Shown here: piece after piece, positions 1 through 12,895 of the stretch | Layout of the letters: each line of letters opens with the position of its first letter | Position numbering within the stretch: the first letter of the stretch is position 1 | Sequence record: OR896157.1 | Source: a phage | Direction: 5' to 3' (one strand) | Length of the DNA: 64,000 nucleotides | Translations under genes and position numbers: made by a program | Notes under the pieces: generated by a model | What the model was told of the DNA's origin: nothing | Databases searched by the model: none | Seen by the model: only the letters and a program-made list of their open reading frames with translations

Positions 1-1926
<1,926 letters not shown>

Positions 1927-1956
1927 TACTAAAGCACACATGTAGAGGAATTCTTA

Positions 1957-3939
1957 ATGGCTTTATTATCTCCGGGCGTTGAGCTCAAAGAAACTAGTGT
2001 ACAAAGCACTATTGTTAATAATGCTACTGGGCGTGCGGCCCTGGCTGGTAAATTCCAGTGGGGTCCGGTTGGTCAAGTTGTTCAAGTGACTAACGAAGTC
2101 GAATTAGTCGATATTTTCGGCACTCCAGATAGCGAAACTGCTGATTACTTTATGTCAGCAATGAACTTCCTGCAATATGGCAATGATCTTCGTATTTCTC
2201 GTGCAGTAAATCGCGAAGTAGCTAAAAACTCATCTCCAATTGCTGGGAACGTTGAAATTACCATTTCTGCTGCGGGTTCAAACTATGCTGTAGGCGATAC
2301 CGTTCGAGTTAAATACAACGTAAACGTTATTGAATCAGCTGGTAAAGTTACTGCGGTTGATGGTAACGGTGGTATTGTTTCAGTTTCAGTACCAAGCGCA
2401 AAAATTATTGCATACGCAAAATCAATTAATCAATACCCTGGCCTTGGAGCAAACTGGACTGCTGAAGTTACTTCTGCATCTTCTGGCGTAGCTGCAACTC
2501 TGACTGTTGGAAAAATTGTAACTGATTCTGGTGTTCTTTTAACTGAGCCAGAAACTGCTACTGAGCAAATGACTTCGGTCGAATTCCAAGCTGCTTTGAA
2601 AACTTATGGCATGCCAGGTGTCGCTGCTCTTTATCCGGGTGAACTTGGTTCTCAATTAGAACTTGAAATTGTCTCTAAAGCTGGATTTGAACAGGGCGCT
2701 GCTACACAGCTTCCAATTTACCCTGCTGGCGGAACTCGTGTTTCTACTGCTCGTGCAGTATTTGGATACGGTCCTCAGTCAGATGACCAATATTGCATTA
2801 TCGTTCGTCGTGACGGAGCAATTGTAGAAAGCTTTGTTCTTTCAACTAAACGCGGTTCTAAGGACGTTTACGGAAATAACATCTTCATTGATGATTTCTT
2901 CTCTAAGGGTTCAAGCAATTATATCTTCGCTACTGCTGAAGGCTGGCCAACTGGATTCTCCGGTATTGTTCAGTTGTCCGGTGGTGTATCTGCAAACGAA
3001 TCAGTTACAGCTGGTGATGTAATGCAGGCATGGGATTTATTTGCTGACCGTGAAGCTCTGCATGTTAATCTCTTGATTGCAGGTGCATGTGCTGGTGAAG
3101 ATGACGAATTTGCATCTACTGTTCAAAAACACGTAGTATCAATTGCTGATGAACGGCAAGACTGTCTGGCTCTTATTTCTCCTCCACGTAGTGTGTTGGT
3201 AAATATTCCTCTGACTCGTGCAATTGATAACTTAGTCGATTGGCGTACAGGTACTGGAACTTATGCAGATGCAAATATGAACATCAGTTCTACTTACGCA
3301 TCTATTGACGGTAACTACAAATATCAGTATGACAAATACAATGATGTTAACCGTTGGGTTCCGTTAGCTGCTGATATGGCTGGTCTGTGTGCTCGTACTG
3401 ATAATGTCAGTCAACCTTGGATGTCTCCAGCTGGTTATAACCGTGGACAGATTCTGAACGTCATTAAATTGGCAATCGAACCTCGTCAGAGCCAACGTGA
3501 CCGTCTGTATCAGGAAGCAATTAACCCTGTTACTGGCACCGGTGGTGACGGATTCGTTCTGTTCGGCGATAAGACTGCAACCAAAGTTCCTACTCCGTTT
3601 GACCGCATCAACGTACGTCGTCTGTTCAACATGCTGAAAACGAATATTGGAAACGCTTCTAAATATCGTCTGTTCGAGATGAACGACAACTTCACTCGTT
3701 CAAGCTTCCGTATGGAAACTTCTCAGTACCTGTCTGGAATTAAATCTCTGGGTGGTGTATATGAATTCCGTGTGGTATGTGATACTACGAACAACACGCC
3801 TGCTGTAATCGACCGCAATGAGTTTGTTGCGTCGTTCTACATCAAGCCAGCTCGTTCTATCAACTACATCACTCTGAACTTCGTTGCTACTGCTACGGGT
3901 GCTGATTTCGATGAACTGATTGGACCACAAGCTCAATAA
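1957..3939 (+). CDS. 18: tail sheath protein gp18
   Basis: 660 aa (T4 gp18 659 aa); N-terminus LLSPGVELKETSVQST... matches T4 gp18 as recalled; GAGGAA Shine-Dalgarno. Confidence 0.97.
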   Translation: MALLSPGVELKETSVQSTIVNNATGRAALAGKFQWGPVGQVVQVTNEVELVDIFGTPDSETADYFMSAMNFLQYGNDLRISRAVNREVAKNSSPIAGNVEITISAAGSNYAVGDTVRVKYNVNVIESAGKVTAVDGNGGIVSVSVPSAKIIAYAKSINQYPGLGANWTAEVTSASSGVAATLTVGKIVTDSGVLLTEPETATEQMTSVEFQAALKTYGMPGVAALYPGELGSQLELEIVSKAGFEQGAATQLPIYPAGGTRVSTARAVFGYGPQSDDQYCIIVRRDGAIVESFVLSTKRGSKDVYGNNIFIDDFFSKGSSNYIFATAEGWPTGFSGIVQLSGGVSANESVTAGDVMQAWDLFADREALHVNLLIAGACAGEDDEFASTVQKHVVSIADERQDCLALISPPRSVLVNIPLTRAIDNLVDWRTGTGTYADANMNISSTYASIDGNYKYQYDKYNDVNRWVPLAADMAGLCARTDNVSQPWMSPAGYNRGQILNVIKLAIEPRQSQRDRLYQEAINPVTGTGGDGFVLFGDKTATKVPTPFDRINVRRLFNMLKTNIGNASKYRLFEMNDNFTRSSFRMETSQYLSGIKSLGGVYEFRVVCDTTNNTPAVIDRNEFVASFYIKPARSINYITLNFVATATGADFDELIGPQAQ

Positions 3940-4034
3940 TTCTAAGACACTTAGGGACCTTCGAGAGGAGGTCCATAAATACAATCATCTTAGGAAAACT
4001 AATTCATCTCGGCCGTTCTGGTGAATCAGAACGG

Positions 4035-4042
4035 TATAAATA
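4035..4042 (+). promoter_or_regulatory. T4-type late promoter TATAAATA upstream of gene 19
   Basis: Exact TATAAATA 16 nt upstream of gene 19 ATG, preceded by a short hairpin. Confidence 0.6.
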
Positions 4043-4057
4043 TAACAGGAACTCACA

Positions 4058-4549
4058 ATGGAATTAACAGATCTCACGAGAGCATTCGAATCCGGTGATT
4101 TCGCGCGTCCTAACTTGTTTGAGGTAGAAATTCCTTATCTCGGTAAGAACTTCAGCTTCAAATGTAAAGCAGCTCCACTGCCTGCTGGTATCGTTGAAAA
4201 AATTCCGGTCGGTTATATGAACCGTAAACTTAACGTTGCCGGTGACCGTACATTCGACGATTGGACCGTGACTATCTATAACGATGATGCTCATAATACT
4301 CGTCAAGCTATTGTTGAATGGCAGGGTATCGCAGCAGGTCAGGGTAATGAAATTACTGGTGGCTCGCCTGCAGAGTATAAGAAAAAAGCAATTGTCCGTC
4401 AATTCGCACGTGATAGTAAAACAATTACTCGTGAAATTGAAATTACGGGCGTTTGGCCAACTAACGTTGGTGAAGTCCAGCTCGACTGGGATTCAAACAA
4501 CGAAGTTGAGACCTTTGAAGTAACATTCTGTCTCGACTGGTGGTTGTAA
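4058..4549 (+). CDS. 19: tail tube protein gp19
   Basis: 163 aa, same length as T4 gp19; position between sheath and portal. Confidence 0.95.
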   Translation: MELTDLTRAFESGDFARPNLFEVEIPYLGKNFSFKCKAAPLPAGIVEKIPVGYMNRKLNVAGDRTFDDWTVTIYNDDAHNTRQAIVEWQGIAAGQGNEITGGSPAEYKKKAIVRQFARDSKTITREIEITGVWPTNVGEVQLDWDSNNEVETFEVTFCLDWWL

Positions 4550-4554
4550 AATGT

Positions 4555-4568
4555 GGGCCTTCGGGCCC
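4555..4568 (+). terminator. C(UUCG)G tetraloop hairpin after gene 19 (stability element or attenuator)
   Basis: GGGCC-TTCG-GGCCC directly after gene 19 stop; no U-run, so probably not a full terminator. Confidence 0.4.
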
Positions 4569-4569
4569 A

Positions 4570-4577
4570 TATAAATA
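4570..4577 (+). promoter_or_regulatory. T4-type late promoter TATAAATA upstream of gene 20
   Basis: Exact TATAAATA about 30 nt upstream of gene 20 ATG. Confidence 0.55.
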
Positions 4578-4609
4578 TTAGTATGCTTTAACCCTTATTG
4601 GAGACTCTA

Positions 4610-6178
4610 ATGAAATTTGACGTCTTAAGTTTGTTCGCGCCGTGGGCCAAAGTCGACGAACAGGAATACGACCAGCAGCTAAATAATAATTTAGAGTCTA
4701 TCACGGCCCCTAAATTTGATGACGGCGCGACAGAGATTGAATCGGAACGTGGAGACATTGCAGGCGCTGGATTATTCCAGAGAATGTACGGTCAAAATGA
4801 ACCGGGAATGAAAAACACCAGGGAGCTTATCGATACTTACCGTCAGTTAATGAATAACTACGAAGTAGATAACGCTGTCCAAGAAATCGTCTTAGATGCA
4901 ATTGTATACGAAGATGATCATCCAGTTGTTTCATTGGATTTAGATAACACTGATTTTAGCCAGGCGATTAAAGACCGTTTACAAGAAGAATTTAACGAAG
5001 TTCTTACTTGTCTGAATTTTGAAAGAAAGGGTCTTGACCATTTCCGTCGCTGGTATGTCGATTCTCGTATCTTCTTCCATAAAATTATTAACCCTAAAAA
5101 ACCGAAAGAAGGTATTCAAGAGCTTCGTCGTTTAGACCCTCGCAATATTCAGTTCGTTCGTGAAGTTATCACTGACACTGAAGCGGGCGTGAAAATTGTT
5201 AAAGGCTACAAAGAATATTTCGTTTATAACACCGGTCACGAGTCTTATCAATGTGACGGTCGAATTTACGACGCTGGAACGAAAATTAAAATTCCAAAGG
5301 CTGCAGTTGTTTATGCACACTCTGGATTAGTTGATTGTTCAGGAAGAAACATCATCGGTTATTTGCACCGAGCTGTTAAACCTGCTAACCAGCTTAAACT
5401 GCTTGAAGACGCAATGGTGATTTATCGTATTACACGTGCGCCAGACCGTCGAGTATTTTACATTGACACAGGGAACATGCCTTCCCGTAAAGCTGCTGCT
5501 CATATGCAACACATCATGAACACCATGAAAAACCGTGTGGTATATGATGCGTCTACTGGTAAAATTAAAAACCAGCAGCACAATATGTCAATGACAGAAG
5601 ATTATTGGTTACAGCGCCGCGATGGTAAAGCTGTTACTGAAATTGATAATATGCCTGGTGCTTCAGGCATGAACGAAATGGACGATGTCCGTTGGTTCAA
5701 GAACAACCTTTACCAAGCATTACGTGTTCCACTGTCTCGTATCCCGAATGACCAACAAAGTGGAGTTCAGTTTGATGCTGGAACTGGAATTACACGTGAC
5801 GAGTTACAATTTGCTAAATTCATTCGTGAACTGCAGCATAAGTTTGAAGAAATTTTCCTCGACCCTCTTAAAACAAACCTTATTTTGAAAGGCGTAATGA
5901 GCGAAGATGATTGGAAAGATGAAATAAATAACATTAAGATAGTATTTCATCGTGACAGTTACTTCACTGAACTTAAAGATGCTGAAGTCACTGAACGCAG
6001 ATTCAATATGCTTCAAATGGCCGAACCGTTTATCGGTAAGTATATTTCTCATCAGACTGCAATGAAGACTATTCTTCAAATGACTGATGAACAAATTGAC
6101 CAAGAGGCTAAGCAAATTGAGCTAGAGTCTAAAGAGGCTCGTTTCCAAGACCCAGACCAAGAACAAGAGGATTTCTAA
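4610..6178 (+). CDS. 20: portal vertex protein gp20
   Basis: 522 aa from first ATG (track start 4598 is TTG); GGAG Shine-Dalgarno 6 nt upstream; T4 gp20 is 524 aa; synteny 19-20-67. Confidence 0.95.
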   Translation: MKFDVLSLFAPWAKVDEQEYDQQLNNNLESITAPKFDDGATEIESERGDIAGAGLFQRMYGQNEPGMKNTRELIDTYRQLMNNYEVDNAVQEIVLDAIVYEDDHPVVSLDLDNTDFSQAIKDRLQEEFNEVLTCLNFERKGLDHFRRWYVDSRIFFHKIINPKKPKEGIQELRRLDPRNIQFVREVITDTEAGVKIVKGYKEYFVYNTGHESYQCDGRIYDAGTKIKIPKAAVVYAHSGLVDCSGRNIIGYLHRAVKPANQLKLLEDAMVIYRITRAPDRRVFYIDTGNMPSRKAAAHMQHIMNTMKNRVVYDASTGKIKNQQHNMSMTEDYWLQRRDGKAVTEIDNMPGASGMNEMDDVRWFKNNLYQALRVPLSRIPNDQQSGVQFDAGTGITRDELQFAKFIRELQHKFEEIFLDPLKTNLILKGVMSEDDWKDEINNIKIVFHRDSYFTELKDAEVTERRFNMLQMAEPFIGKYISHQTAMKTILQMTDEQIDQEAKQIELESKEARFQDPDQEQEDF

Positions 6179-6426
6179 TGGAAGATTTCATCTCCGCACT
6201 CAAATCCAACGACCTCGTTAAAGCTAAGAAAGCCTTTGGTGCTATTATGCTTGAACAGACCGCTGATTTGATTAGCCAACGTCGTGTTGAGATTGCCCAA
6301 TCTATTATGATTGAAGGCGAAGAAAAAGAAGACGACGAAGACGAGAATGATGATTCTGAAGATGAAGGTAAAGAAAAACCTGAATCTAAAGATGAAAAAG
6401 ATTCTGAAGACGAAGACGAAGAATAA
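6178..6426 (+). CDS. 67: prohead core protein gp67
   Basis: 82 aa with strongly acidic E/D-rich C-terminal half, as in T4 gp67; ATG overlaps gene 20 stop. Confidence 0.85.
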   Translation: MEDFISALKSNDLVKAKKAFGAIMLEQTADLISQRRVEIAQSIMIEGEEKEDDEDENDDSEDEGKEKPESKDEKDSEDEDEE

Positions 6427-6435
6427 GGAGTCGCA

Positions 6436-6861
6436 ATGCTGATTGTTCCTGATGAGTACGAAGTCGTACTTGAAAACATCGAAGCAGCTATTCCTGAAGC
6501 CGAATCTCGTTTTAAGCAGTTGTCAGAAGCTCTCGATAAAGCAGACATAAATACAATTGTAGAAAACATGTTGCCAATTGAACCTGAAGTAGCAATTGCT
6601 ATGGGTTCACTGAATGAAGAAATGCAGCTCAATGAATTTATCGTTAAGCATGTTTCTTCTCGTGGAGAAATTACGCGTACTAAAGACCGTAAAACCCGCG
6701 AGCGCCAAGCATTCCAAACAACTGGTTTATCTAAAGCTAAACGTCGCGCTATCGCTCGAAAAGTCGTTAAGTCCAAACGCGCTAATCCGTCTGGTACTGT
6801 ACGAGGCAACCGCAAACGTAAGAAAGCTATGAAACGTCGTCAGGCGTTAGGATTAAGCTAA
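6436..6861 (+). CDS. 68: prohead core protein gp68
   Basis: 141 aa, basic C-terminus; T4 position between 67 and 21. Confidence 0.8.
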   Translation: MLIVPDEYEVVLENIEAAIPEAESRFKQLSEALDKADINTIVENMLPIEPEVAIAMGSLNEEMQLNEFIVKHVSSRGEITRTKDRKTRERQAFQTTGLSKAKRRAIARKVVKSKRANPSGTVRGNRKRKKAMKRRQALGLS

Positions 6862-7502
6862 TGAATGAACCCCAATTACTCATTGAGCATTGGGGTCAAC
6901 CCGGCGAAATTTTGAATGGCGTACCGATGCTTGAGTCATACGATGGCTCAGATGCAGGGCTAAAACCTGGATTATACATCGAAGGCGTGTTCATGCAAGC
7001 CGAAGTAGTTAACCGAAACAAGCGTCTTTATCCAAAGAGAGTATTGGAAAAAGCCGTAGCTAATTATATTAAAGAGCAGGTTTCTACTAAACAAGCACTT
7101 GGAGAATTAAATCACCCACCACGTGCTAACGTTGACCCGATGCAAGCCGCAATCATCATCGAAGATATGTGGTGGAAAGGAAACGATGTTTATGGACGAG
7201 CTCGTATTATTGAAGGTGACCATGGTCCTGGAGATAAACTCGCTGCAAACATTCGTGCTGGCTGGATTCCTGGAGTATCTAGTCGTGGACTAGGCTCATT
7301 AACGGAAACCAATAAAGGCTACCGTATCGTAAACGAAGGATTTAAACTCACCGTTGGCGTTGATGCTGTGTGGGGACCTTCTGCACCAGATGCTTGGGTA
7401 ACTCCGAAGCAGATTTCGGAATCCGCTGAGGCGCAAGTCGCCAAAAAGAATGACGATGAGTCATTTAAAGCTCTCGTAGAGAGTCTCGAAAAAGCATTAT
7501 AA
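6861..7502 (+). CDS. 21: prohead core protease gp21
   Basis: 213 aa (T4 gp21 212 aa); T4 order 68-21-22. Confidence 0.9.
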   Translation: MNEPQLLIEHWGQPGEILNGVPMLESYDGSDAGLKPGLYIEGVFMQAEVVNRNKRLYPKRVLEKAVANYIKEQVSTKQALGELNHPPRANVDPMQAAIIIEDMWWKGNDVYGRARIIEGDHGPGDKLAANIRAGWIPGVSSRGLGSLTETNKGYRIVNEGFKLTVGVDAVWGPSAPDAWVTPKQISESAEAQVAKKNDDESFKALVESLEKAL

Positions 7503-7535
7503 ATAATAATGTAACTTAACAACAGGACTAACAAA

Positions 7536-8351
7536 ATGCTGAAAGACATCCTGCTCCAGGAAGCTCAGAATATTGAAGCTACCGTAGCTGTGGACAGTAT
7601 TTTCGAATCGGTCGAGCTTTCTCCGGAAGTAAAAGCGAAGTTCGAAACTGTATTCGAAGCAACTGTAAAGAAACATGCCGTTGAATTGGCTGAATCCCAC
7701 ATTACCAAAATTGCTGAAATGGCTGACGAAAAGCTGAAAGACGCTAAAGAAGAAGCCGAAGAAAAAGCTGAAAAGAAACTGACCGAACATGCTTCACGTT
7801 TCTTCAATCACATCGCTCAAGAATGGATGAACGAAAACAAACTGGCTGTTGATAAAGGCATCAAAGCTGAACTGTTTGAATCCATGTTCGCTGGTATGAA
7901 AGAACTGTTCGTTGAACACAACGTTGTTCTGCCAGAAGAATCAGTTGATGTAGTTGCTGAAATGGAAGAAGAACTGGCTGAAGCTCGTGAAGAAATCAGC
8001 AATCTGTTCGAAGGTATTTCTGCTCGCGACGAAAAAATTAATACCATGCTGCGTGAAAGCGCTGTAATGGAATCAACTAAAGACTTGACCGACGTTCAGA
8101 AAGAGAAAGTAGCTTCTCTGACCGAAGGTATGGAATATTCCGACGAATTCTCAAGTAAGCTGTCTGCCATCGTCGAAATGGTTAAAGGCTCCGTCGAGAA
8201 AGAGGTAGTAAATGAAAGCATAAATACTACCGACAATGATGCTGACGGTCTCAACTTCATTACTGAAGAACACATTGAGCCAGAAGAAAAAGTATCAAAA
8301 CAGCCATCGATGATGGACGCATACGTAGCCTCTGCGGCACGTCTTTCTTAA
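7536..8351 (+). CDS. 22: prohead core scaffold protein gp22
   Basis: 271 aa, highly acidic, predicted coiled coil (T4 gp22 269 aa). Confidence 0.9.
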   Translation: MLKDILLQEAQNIEATVAVDSIFESVELSPEVKAKFETVFEATVKKHAVELAESHITKIAEMADEKLKDAKEEAEEKAEKKLTEHASRFFNHIAQEWMNENKLAVDKGIKAELFESMFAGMKELFVEHNVVLPEESVDVVAEMEEELAEAREEISNLFEGISARDEKINTMLRESAVMESTKDLTDVQKEKVASLTEGMEYSDEFSSKLSAIVEMVKGSVEKEVVNESINTTDNDADGLNFITEEHIEPEEKVSKQPSMMDAYVASAARLS

Positions 8352-8373
8352 TTTTTAAAAGGTTATAAAACAC

Positions 8374-9936
8374 ATGAAAAAGATTAATCCGTTAGTAGAA
8401 AAATGGACTCCGCTGCTTGAGAACGAAGCACTGCCTGAAATCGTTGGTGCTGGTAAAAAAGCTCTGATTGCAAAAATCATGGAAAACCAGGAATCAGCTA
8501 TTAAAACTGAACCTGCATTCCGTGATGAAAAAATCGCTGAAGCATTTGGTTCGTTCCTGACTGAAGCAGAAATTGGTGGTGACCACGGTTATGATGCTCA
8601 AAACATCGCTGCTGGCCAGACATCAGGCGCAGTAACTCAGATTGGACCAGCTGTTATGGGCATGGTACGTCGTGCAATTCCTAACCTGATTGCTTTCGAC
8701 ATCTGCGGTGTTCAGCCAATGAGTTCTCCAACCGGACAGGTATTCGCTCTGCGTGCTGTTTACGGTAAAGACCCTCTGGCCGCTGGTGCTAAAGAAGCAT
8801 TCCACCCAATGTACGCTCCAGATGCAATGTTCTCTGGTCAGGGTGCTGCTCAGAAATTCGCTCCTGTAAAAGCTGCTGACGTTCTGACTGTTGGTACTAT
8901 CGTAGTTCACGATTTCGCTGACGTTGGTCGCGCTTACTTCCAGGTTGCTGAAGGTTTCACCGTAGACGCTGGTGCTACCGATGCTGAAAAACTGGATAAA
9001 GCAGTTAAAGCTGCTGAAGAAGCTGGTCAGCTGGTAGAAATCGCTGAAGGTATGGCTACCTCCGTAGCTGAACTGCAGGAAAACTTCAACGGTTCTACTG
9101 ATAACCCATGGAATGAAATGGGCTTCCGTATCGATAAGCAAGTTATCGAAGCTAAATCTCGTCAGCTGAAAGCTCAGTACTCTATTGAACTGGCTCAAGA
9201 CTTACGTGCTGTTCATGGTATGGACGCGGATGCTGAACTGTCTGGTATTCTGGCTACCGAAATCATGCTGGAAATCAACCGTGAAGTTGTAGACTGGATT
9301 AACTACTCTGCGCAACTGGGTAAAACCGGTATGACTCAGACCGTTGGTTCTAAAGCTGGTGTATTTGACTTCCAGGACCCAGTAGATATTCGTGGCGCTC
9401 GTTGGGCAGGTGAAAGCTTCAAAGCTCTTCTGTTCCAAATCGATAAAGAAGCTGCTGAAATCGCACGTCAGACTGGTCGTGGTGCTGGTAACTTCATCAT
9501 CGCTTCTCGTAACGTAGTTAACGCTCTGGCAGCTGTTGACACTGGCGTTACTCCTGCTGCTCAGGGTCTGGGTCAAGGCTTCAATGCTGATACCACTAAG
9601 ACTGTGTTCGCAGGTATTCTGGGCGGTCGTTATAAAGTATACATCGACCAGTACGCTCGTCAGGACTACTTCACCATTGGTTACAAAGGTGCTAACGAGA
9701 TGGATGCTGGTATCTACTACGCTCCATACGTTGCTCTGACTCCACTGCGTGGTTCCGACCCGAAAAACTTCCAGCCGGTCATGGGGTTCAAAACCCGTTA
9801 CGGTATTGGTATCAACCCGTTTGCTGATAGTGCATCACAGCAGCCGAATGCTCGCATTCAGTCTGGTATGCCTTCTATCGTCAACTCCGTTGGTAAGAAC
9901 GCGTACTTCCGTCGCATCTGGGTTAAAGGTCTGTAA
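8374..9936 (+). CDS. 23: major capsid protein gp23
   Basis: 520 aa (T4 gp23 521 aa); T4 order 22-23-24. Confidence 0.97.
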   Translation: MKKINPLVEKWTPLLENEALPEIVGAGKKALIAKIMENQESAIKTEPAFRDEKIAEAFGSFLTEAEIGGDHGYDAQNIAAGQTSGAVTQIGPAVMGMVRRAIPNLIAFDICGVQPMSSPTGQVFALRAVYGKDPLAAGAKEAFHPMYAPDAMFSGQGAAQKFAPVKAADVLTVGTIVVHDFADVGRAYFQVAEGFTVDAGATDAEKLDKAVKAAEEAGQLVEIAEGMATSVAELQENFNGSTDNPWNEMGFRIDKQVIEAKSRQLKAQYSIELAQDLRAVHGMDADAELSGILATEIMLEINREVVDWINYSAQLGKTGMTQTVGSKAGVFDFQDPVDIRGARWAGESFKALLFQIDKEAAEIARQTGRGAGNFIIASRNVVNALAAVDTGVTPAAQGLGQGFNADTTKTVFAGILGGRYKVYIDQYARQDYFTIGYKGANEMDAGIYYAPYVALTPLRGSDPKNFQPVMGFKTRYGIGINPFADSASQQPNARIQSGMPSIVNSVGKNAYFRRIWVKGL

Positions 9937-9945
9937 TCCAATTAA

Positions 9946-9976
9946 ATGGGAGCCGCAAGGCTCCCATTGTTGTTTC
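9946..9976 (+). terminator. intrinsic terminator after gene 23
   Basis: GGGAGCC-GCAA-GGCTCCC hairpin followed by TTGTTGTTTCT. Confidence 0.6.
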
Positions 9977-10021
9977 TACGGATGATAAATAAAAGTATAA
10001 TCCACTAGAGGAAAAGCGACG

Positions 10022-11305
10022 ATGGCTAACATCCATGACCTTCTGCGCGAATCAACTACAACGACGAGTTCAATTTCTGCCCGTCCTAGCCTCGTTGCAT
10101 TGACTCGCGCTACTACTAAATTAATTTACTCTGATATTGTAGCTACTCAGCGTACTACTCAACCTACTGCTGCTTTCTATGGTATCAAATACTTGAACCC
10201 TAACAAAGAATTAACGTTCCTTACTGGTGCTACCTACGCAGGTCAAACTGGTACTGAGGACCGTAAGTCTATTGAAACATTAACTGCTTCAAATAAAGAT
10301 TCATTTGGCAAGGGCGATTTATTCAAATACAATGACATTGTTTACAAAGTACTTGTAGATAATCCATTTGACCAGATTACTGAAACTGATTTAGAAGTTG
10401 TAATTCAGATTTCTCTGGTTAAACTCACTACTCGTTTAATGTCTGATGCTGCTATCACTTCCAAGTTTGAAACTGCTGGAGCTGATATCGCTGAAGCTAA
10501 ATTCCAAATTGATAAATGGCAGACTCAGGTTAAATCTCGTAAACTTAAAACGAGTTTGACTGTTGAATTGGCCCAGGACCTTGAAGCTAACGGCTTTGAT
10601 GCTTCTAATTTTATCGATGATTTACTGGCTACTGAAATGGCCGATGAAATTAACAAAGACATTTTACAAAGTCTTGTGACAGTTTCAAAACGATATAAAG
10701 TTGAAGGTATCACAGATACTGGATTCATCGATTTATCTTATGCATCTGCTCCAGAAGCTGGTCGTTCTCTGTATCGCATGGTATGCGAAATGGTTTCTCA
10801 TATTCAGCGTTCAACATCCTTTACTGCAACGTTTGCTGTAGCATCTACTCGTGCTGCTGCTGTTCTTGCTGCATCAGGTTGGTTGAAGCACCAAGCTGGT
10901 GACGATGAATATCTGTCAGAGAATGCCTATGGTTTCCTGGCGAATGGTTTGCCTCTGTATTGCGATACTAACACTCCACTTGATTATGTAATTGTCGGTG
11001 TAGTAGAAGATATTGGTGATAAAGAAGTTGTATCGAGTATTTTCTATGCTCCATACACTGAAGGTATCGACCTTGATGACCCGGAACATGTTGGTGCATT
11101 TAAAGTAATTGTTGACCCAGAAAGCTTACAGCCTTCTGTAGCTTTACTCGTTCGTTATGCACTGTCTGCTAACCCGTATACTGTAGCTAAAGATGAAAAG
11201 GAAGCTCGAATCATTGATGGCGGGGATATGGATAAGATGGCAGGACGTTCTGATTTATCAGTTCTTCTTGGTGTTAAGTTACCAAAAATCATCATTGAAG
11301 ACTAA
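10022..11305 (+). CDS. 24: capsid vertex protein gp24
   Basis: 427 aa, same length as T4 gp24; gp23-like paralog downstream of 23. Confidence 0.95.
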   Translation: MANIHDLLRESTTTTSSISARPSLVALTRATTKLIYSDIVATQRTTQPTAAFYGIKYLNPNKELTFLTGATYAGQTGTEDRKSIETLTASNKDSFGKGDLFKYNDIVYKVLVDNPFDQITETDLEVVIQISLVKLTTRLMSDAAITSKFETAGADIAEAKFQIDKWQTQVKSRKLKTSLTVELAQDLEANGFDASNFIDDLLATEMADEINKDILQSLVTVSKRYKVEGITDTGFIDLSYASAPEAGRSLYRMVCEMVSHIQRSTSFTATFAVASTRAAAVLAASGWLKHQAGDDEYLSENAYGFLANGLPLYCDTNTPLDYVIVGVVEDIGDKEVVSSIFYAPYTEGIDLDDPEHVGAFKVIVDPESLQPSVALLVRYALSANPYTVAKDEKEARIIDGGDMDKMAGRSDLSVLLGVKLPKIIIED

Positions 11306-11308
11306 AAG

Positions 11309-11334
11309 AAAGGGAACCTCACGGTTCCCTTTTG
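11309..11334. terminator. bidirectional hairpin terminator between gene 24 (+) and the convergent minus-strand operon
   Basis: AGGGAACC-TCAC-GGTTCCCT flanked by A-run upstream and T-run downstream. Confidence 0.6.
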
Positions 11335-11337
11335 TAG

Positions 11338-11883
11338 TTATAAAGCAAATATATCGAATGTTGGCGCGTACTTGTCTTTGAATCTCTGATAGATTTCCTT
11401 TTCATACAGATTGTAGCAAGGTATCCCATGACGCTTAGCTATATCAACGGCCACTCGTGTCCCTCCAGTAACGCTAGAGAGTTTTATTGGAGCATAGAAT
11501 AGTACCATATCCACGGGTGACTGGCAGTCCTCTCCGAGCACCTGAAGTGCATTGCGGGCAAATAAAGTCTTCACTATATCCCGGCACTCATCCCAGTAAC
11601 TTGTCACTTCTCTTACTTTAATTACACTCCTGATTCTCACTTCATTTGGAAAATCTTTCCACACCTTTACTCCAACTCCGGTTTTAAGACCATTGAAGCC
11701 TTCGTATGGTATGATACGTAATGAACGCTCACGGTCGTATCTACTGAGCCATGATTCATCTGCACCAGGAGCTCCTCCCGAATACGAAAAATGGCCCGAC
11801 TCCGAAAGAGCCTGACCAGTTAATGACATGACATCTAAAACACGACGTGGCGTCTCTCGAGAACCGATTAACGCCAAACGCAT
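11338..11883 (-). CDS. DprA/SLOG-like Rossmann-fold protein (nucleotide- or nucleic-acid-binding), function unknown
   Basis: 181 aa; N-terminal LALIGSRETP...FSYSGGAPGADESW resembles the DprA/Smf GSR and SGxAxGxD motifs; start codon overlaps rnlB stop (TAATG). Confidence 0.5.
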   Translation of the reverse strand: MRLALIGSRETPRRVLDVMSLTGQALSESGHFSYSGGAPGADESWLSRYDRERSLRIIPYEGFNGLKTGVGVKVWKDFPNEVRIRSVIKVREVTSYWDECRDIVKTLFARNALQVLGEDCQSPVDMVLFYAPIKLSSVTGGTRVAVDIAKRHGIPCYNLYEKEIYQRFKDKYAPTFDIFAL

Positions 11884-12887
11884 TAGTTACTTACCAGTTC
11901 AATCCAAACTGGACGAATTACGCCTTGCACGTAATTGACAAGTTCTTTCTTGACTACATCAGGATTGTCTGCATCGGTAATGAAGATTTCTTCACGACCA
12001 GCTTCTTCCAGAATGTCCTGGACAGTAAGACCCATAACTTTGCCAAAGTCTTTTGGACCAACTTGACCAATCTTACTGATAACGTTATTGACTCGGTTCA
12101 GAGTAGCATAAGCTGCCAGGGTGGAGAAAGTTACCTTATCAACATCAGTCAGTTCAACCTTAGCTTTAATAGGCTTATCGGATTTAGCTTTCTCAGAGAA
12201 CTTGGAGTTCTTGCATTTAATAGCTACACGAGAACCGTTAGGGAAGAATTTAGGGTAGCATGGTTTCAGAACGTAGCCTTCGGCAACATTTTCATTTGAT
12301 ACTACAGCATCGTATGTTGCGGTATTAGCAATTTCCAAACCTGCATCTCTTACAATATCATTATAATAATTTACAACTACGGATAAATCGTTTGGAATTT
12401 TAGCAAGGTCATCGAATTTACCACGACCCAGTAATGGAGCCATTTTAAACCCAAAAACATTACACATGCGTTCCATCATGAAATCATCGACATAAGACGA
12501 TTCACCGGATTCGGTAGTCACTTTAATATCAAAGACATAGAAGTCTTTTTCACCGTAATCAACACCTTTCTGAATTCCGCCACCAGCAAATTCACCAAAG
12601 ATTTGATAAGCTACAGTAGCACCAGTCAGTGCAGCTTGAACAGCTTTAAATGACTCGTTATAGCGACCCATGATAACCATATAGCCAAAGAAGTCTTCTG
12701 CTGGCAGAATAGGACCAGTACGCTTGGCAGGCTGAATTGAATCTTTAGTTACGATAACAGAGAAGTTAGTGCCGTGAATTTTCTCACGCGCTACCCAAGT
12801 TTCAGAGACATCAAAACCAGCATTACGAATACGCTCAATGAATTTACCGTTGTAGTGGTTCTCGAGCGTTGAATATTTCTCAAACAT
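11883..12887 (-). CDS. rnlB: RNA ligase 2 (Rnl2)
   Basis: 334 aa, same length as T4 Rnl2; nucleotidyltransferase lysine motif KIHGTN; T4 position downstream of 24. Confidence 0.93.
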   Translation of the reverse strand: MFEKYSTLENHYNGKFIERIRNAGFDVSETWVAREKIHGTNFSVIVTKDSIQPAKRTGPILPAEDFFGYMVIMGRYNESFKAVQAALTGATVAYQIFGEFAGGGIQKGVDYGEKDFYVFDIKVTTESGESSYVDDFMMERMCNVFGFKMAPLLGRGKFDDLAKIPNDLSVVVNYYNDIVRDAGLEIANTATYDAVVSNENVAEGYVLKPCYPKFFPNGSRVAIKCKNSKFSEKAKSDKPIKAKVELTDVDKVTFSTLAAYATLNRVNNVISKIGQVGPKDFGKVMGLTVQDILEEAGREEIFITDADNPDVVKKELVNYVQGVIRPVWIELVSN

Positions 12888-12895
12888 ATTTCACC

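Noticed and set aside
2834-3984. Short ORFs (62-94 aa) on both strands inside gene 18
   Set aside because: Fully embedded in the tail sheath gene; hydrophobic or low-complexity translations
6129-6815. 228-aa Ser-rich minus-strand ORF spanning genes 20, 67 and 68
   Set aside because: Mirror image of the acidic GAA/GAT-rich coding strand; low-complexity antisense artefact
8623-9576. 191-aa and 124-aa minus-strand ORFs inside gene 23
   Set aside because: Antisense to the major capsid gene; no start context
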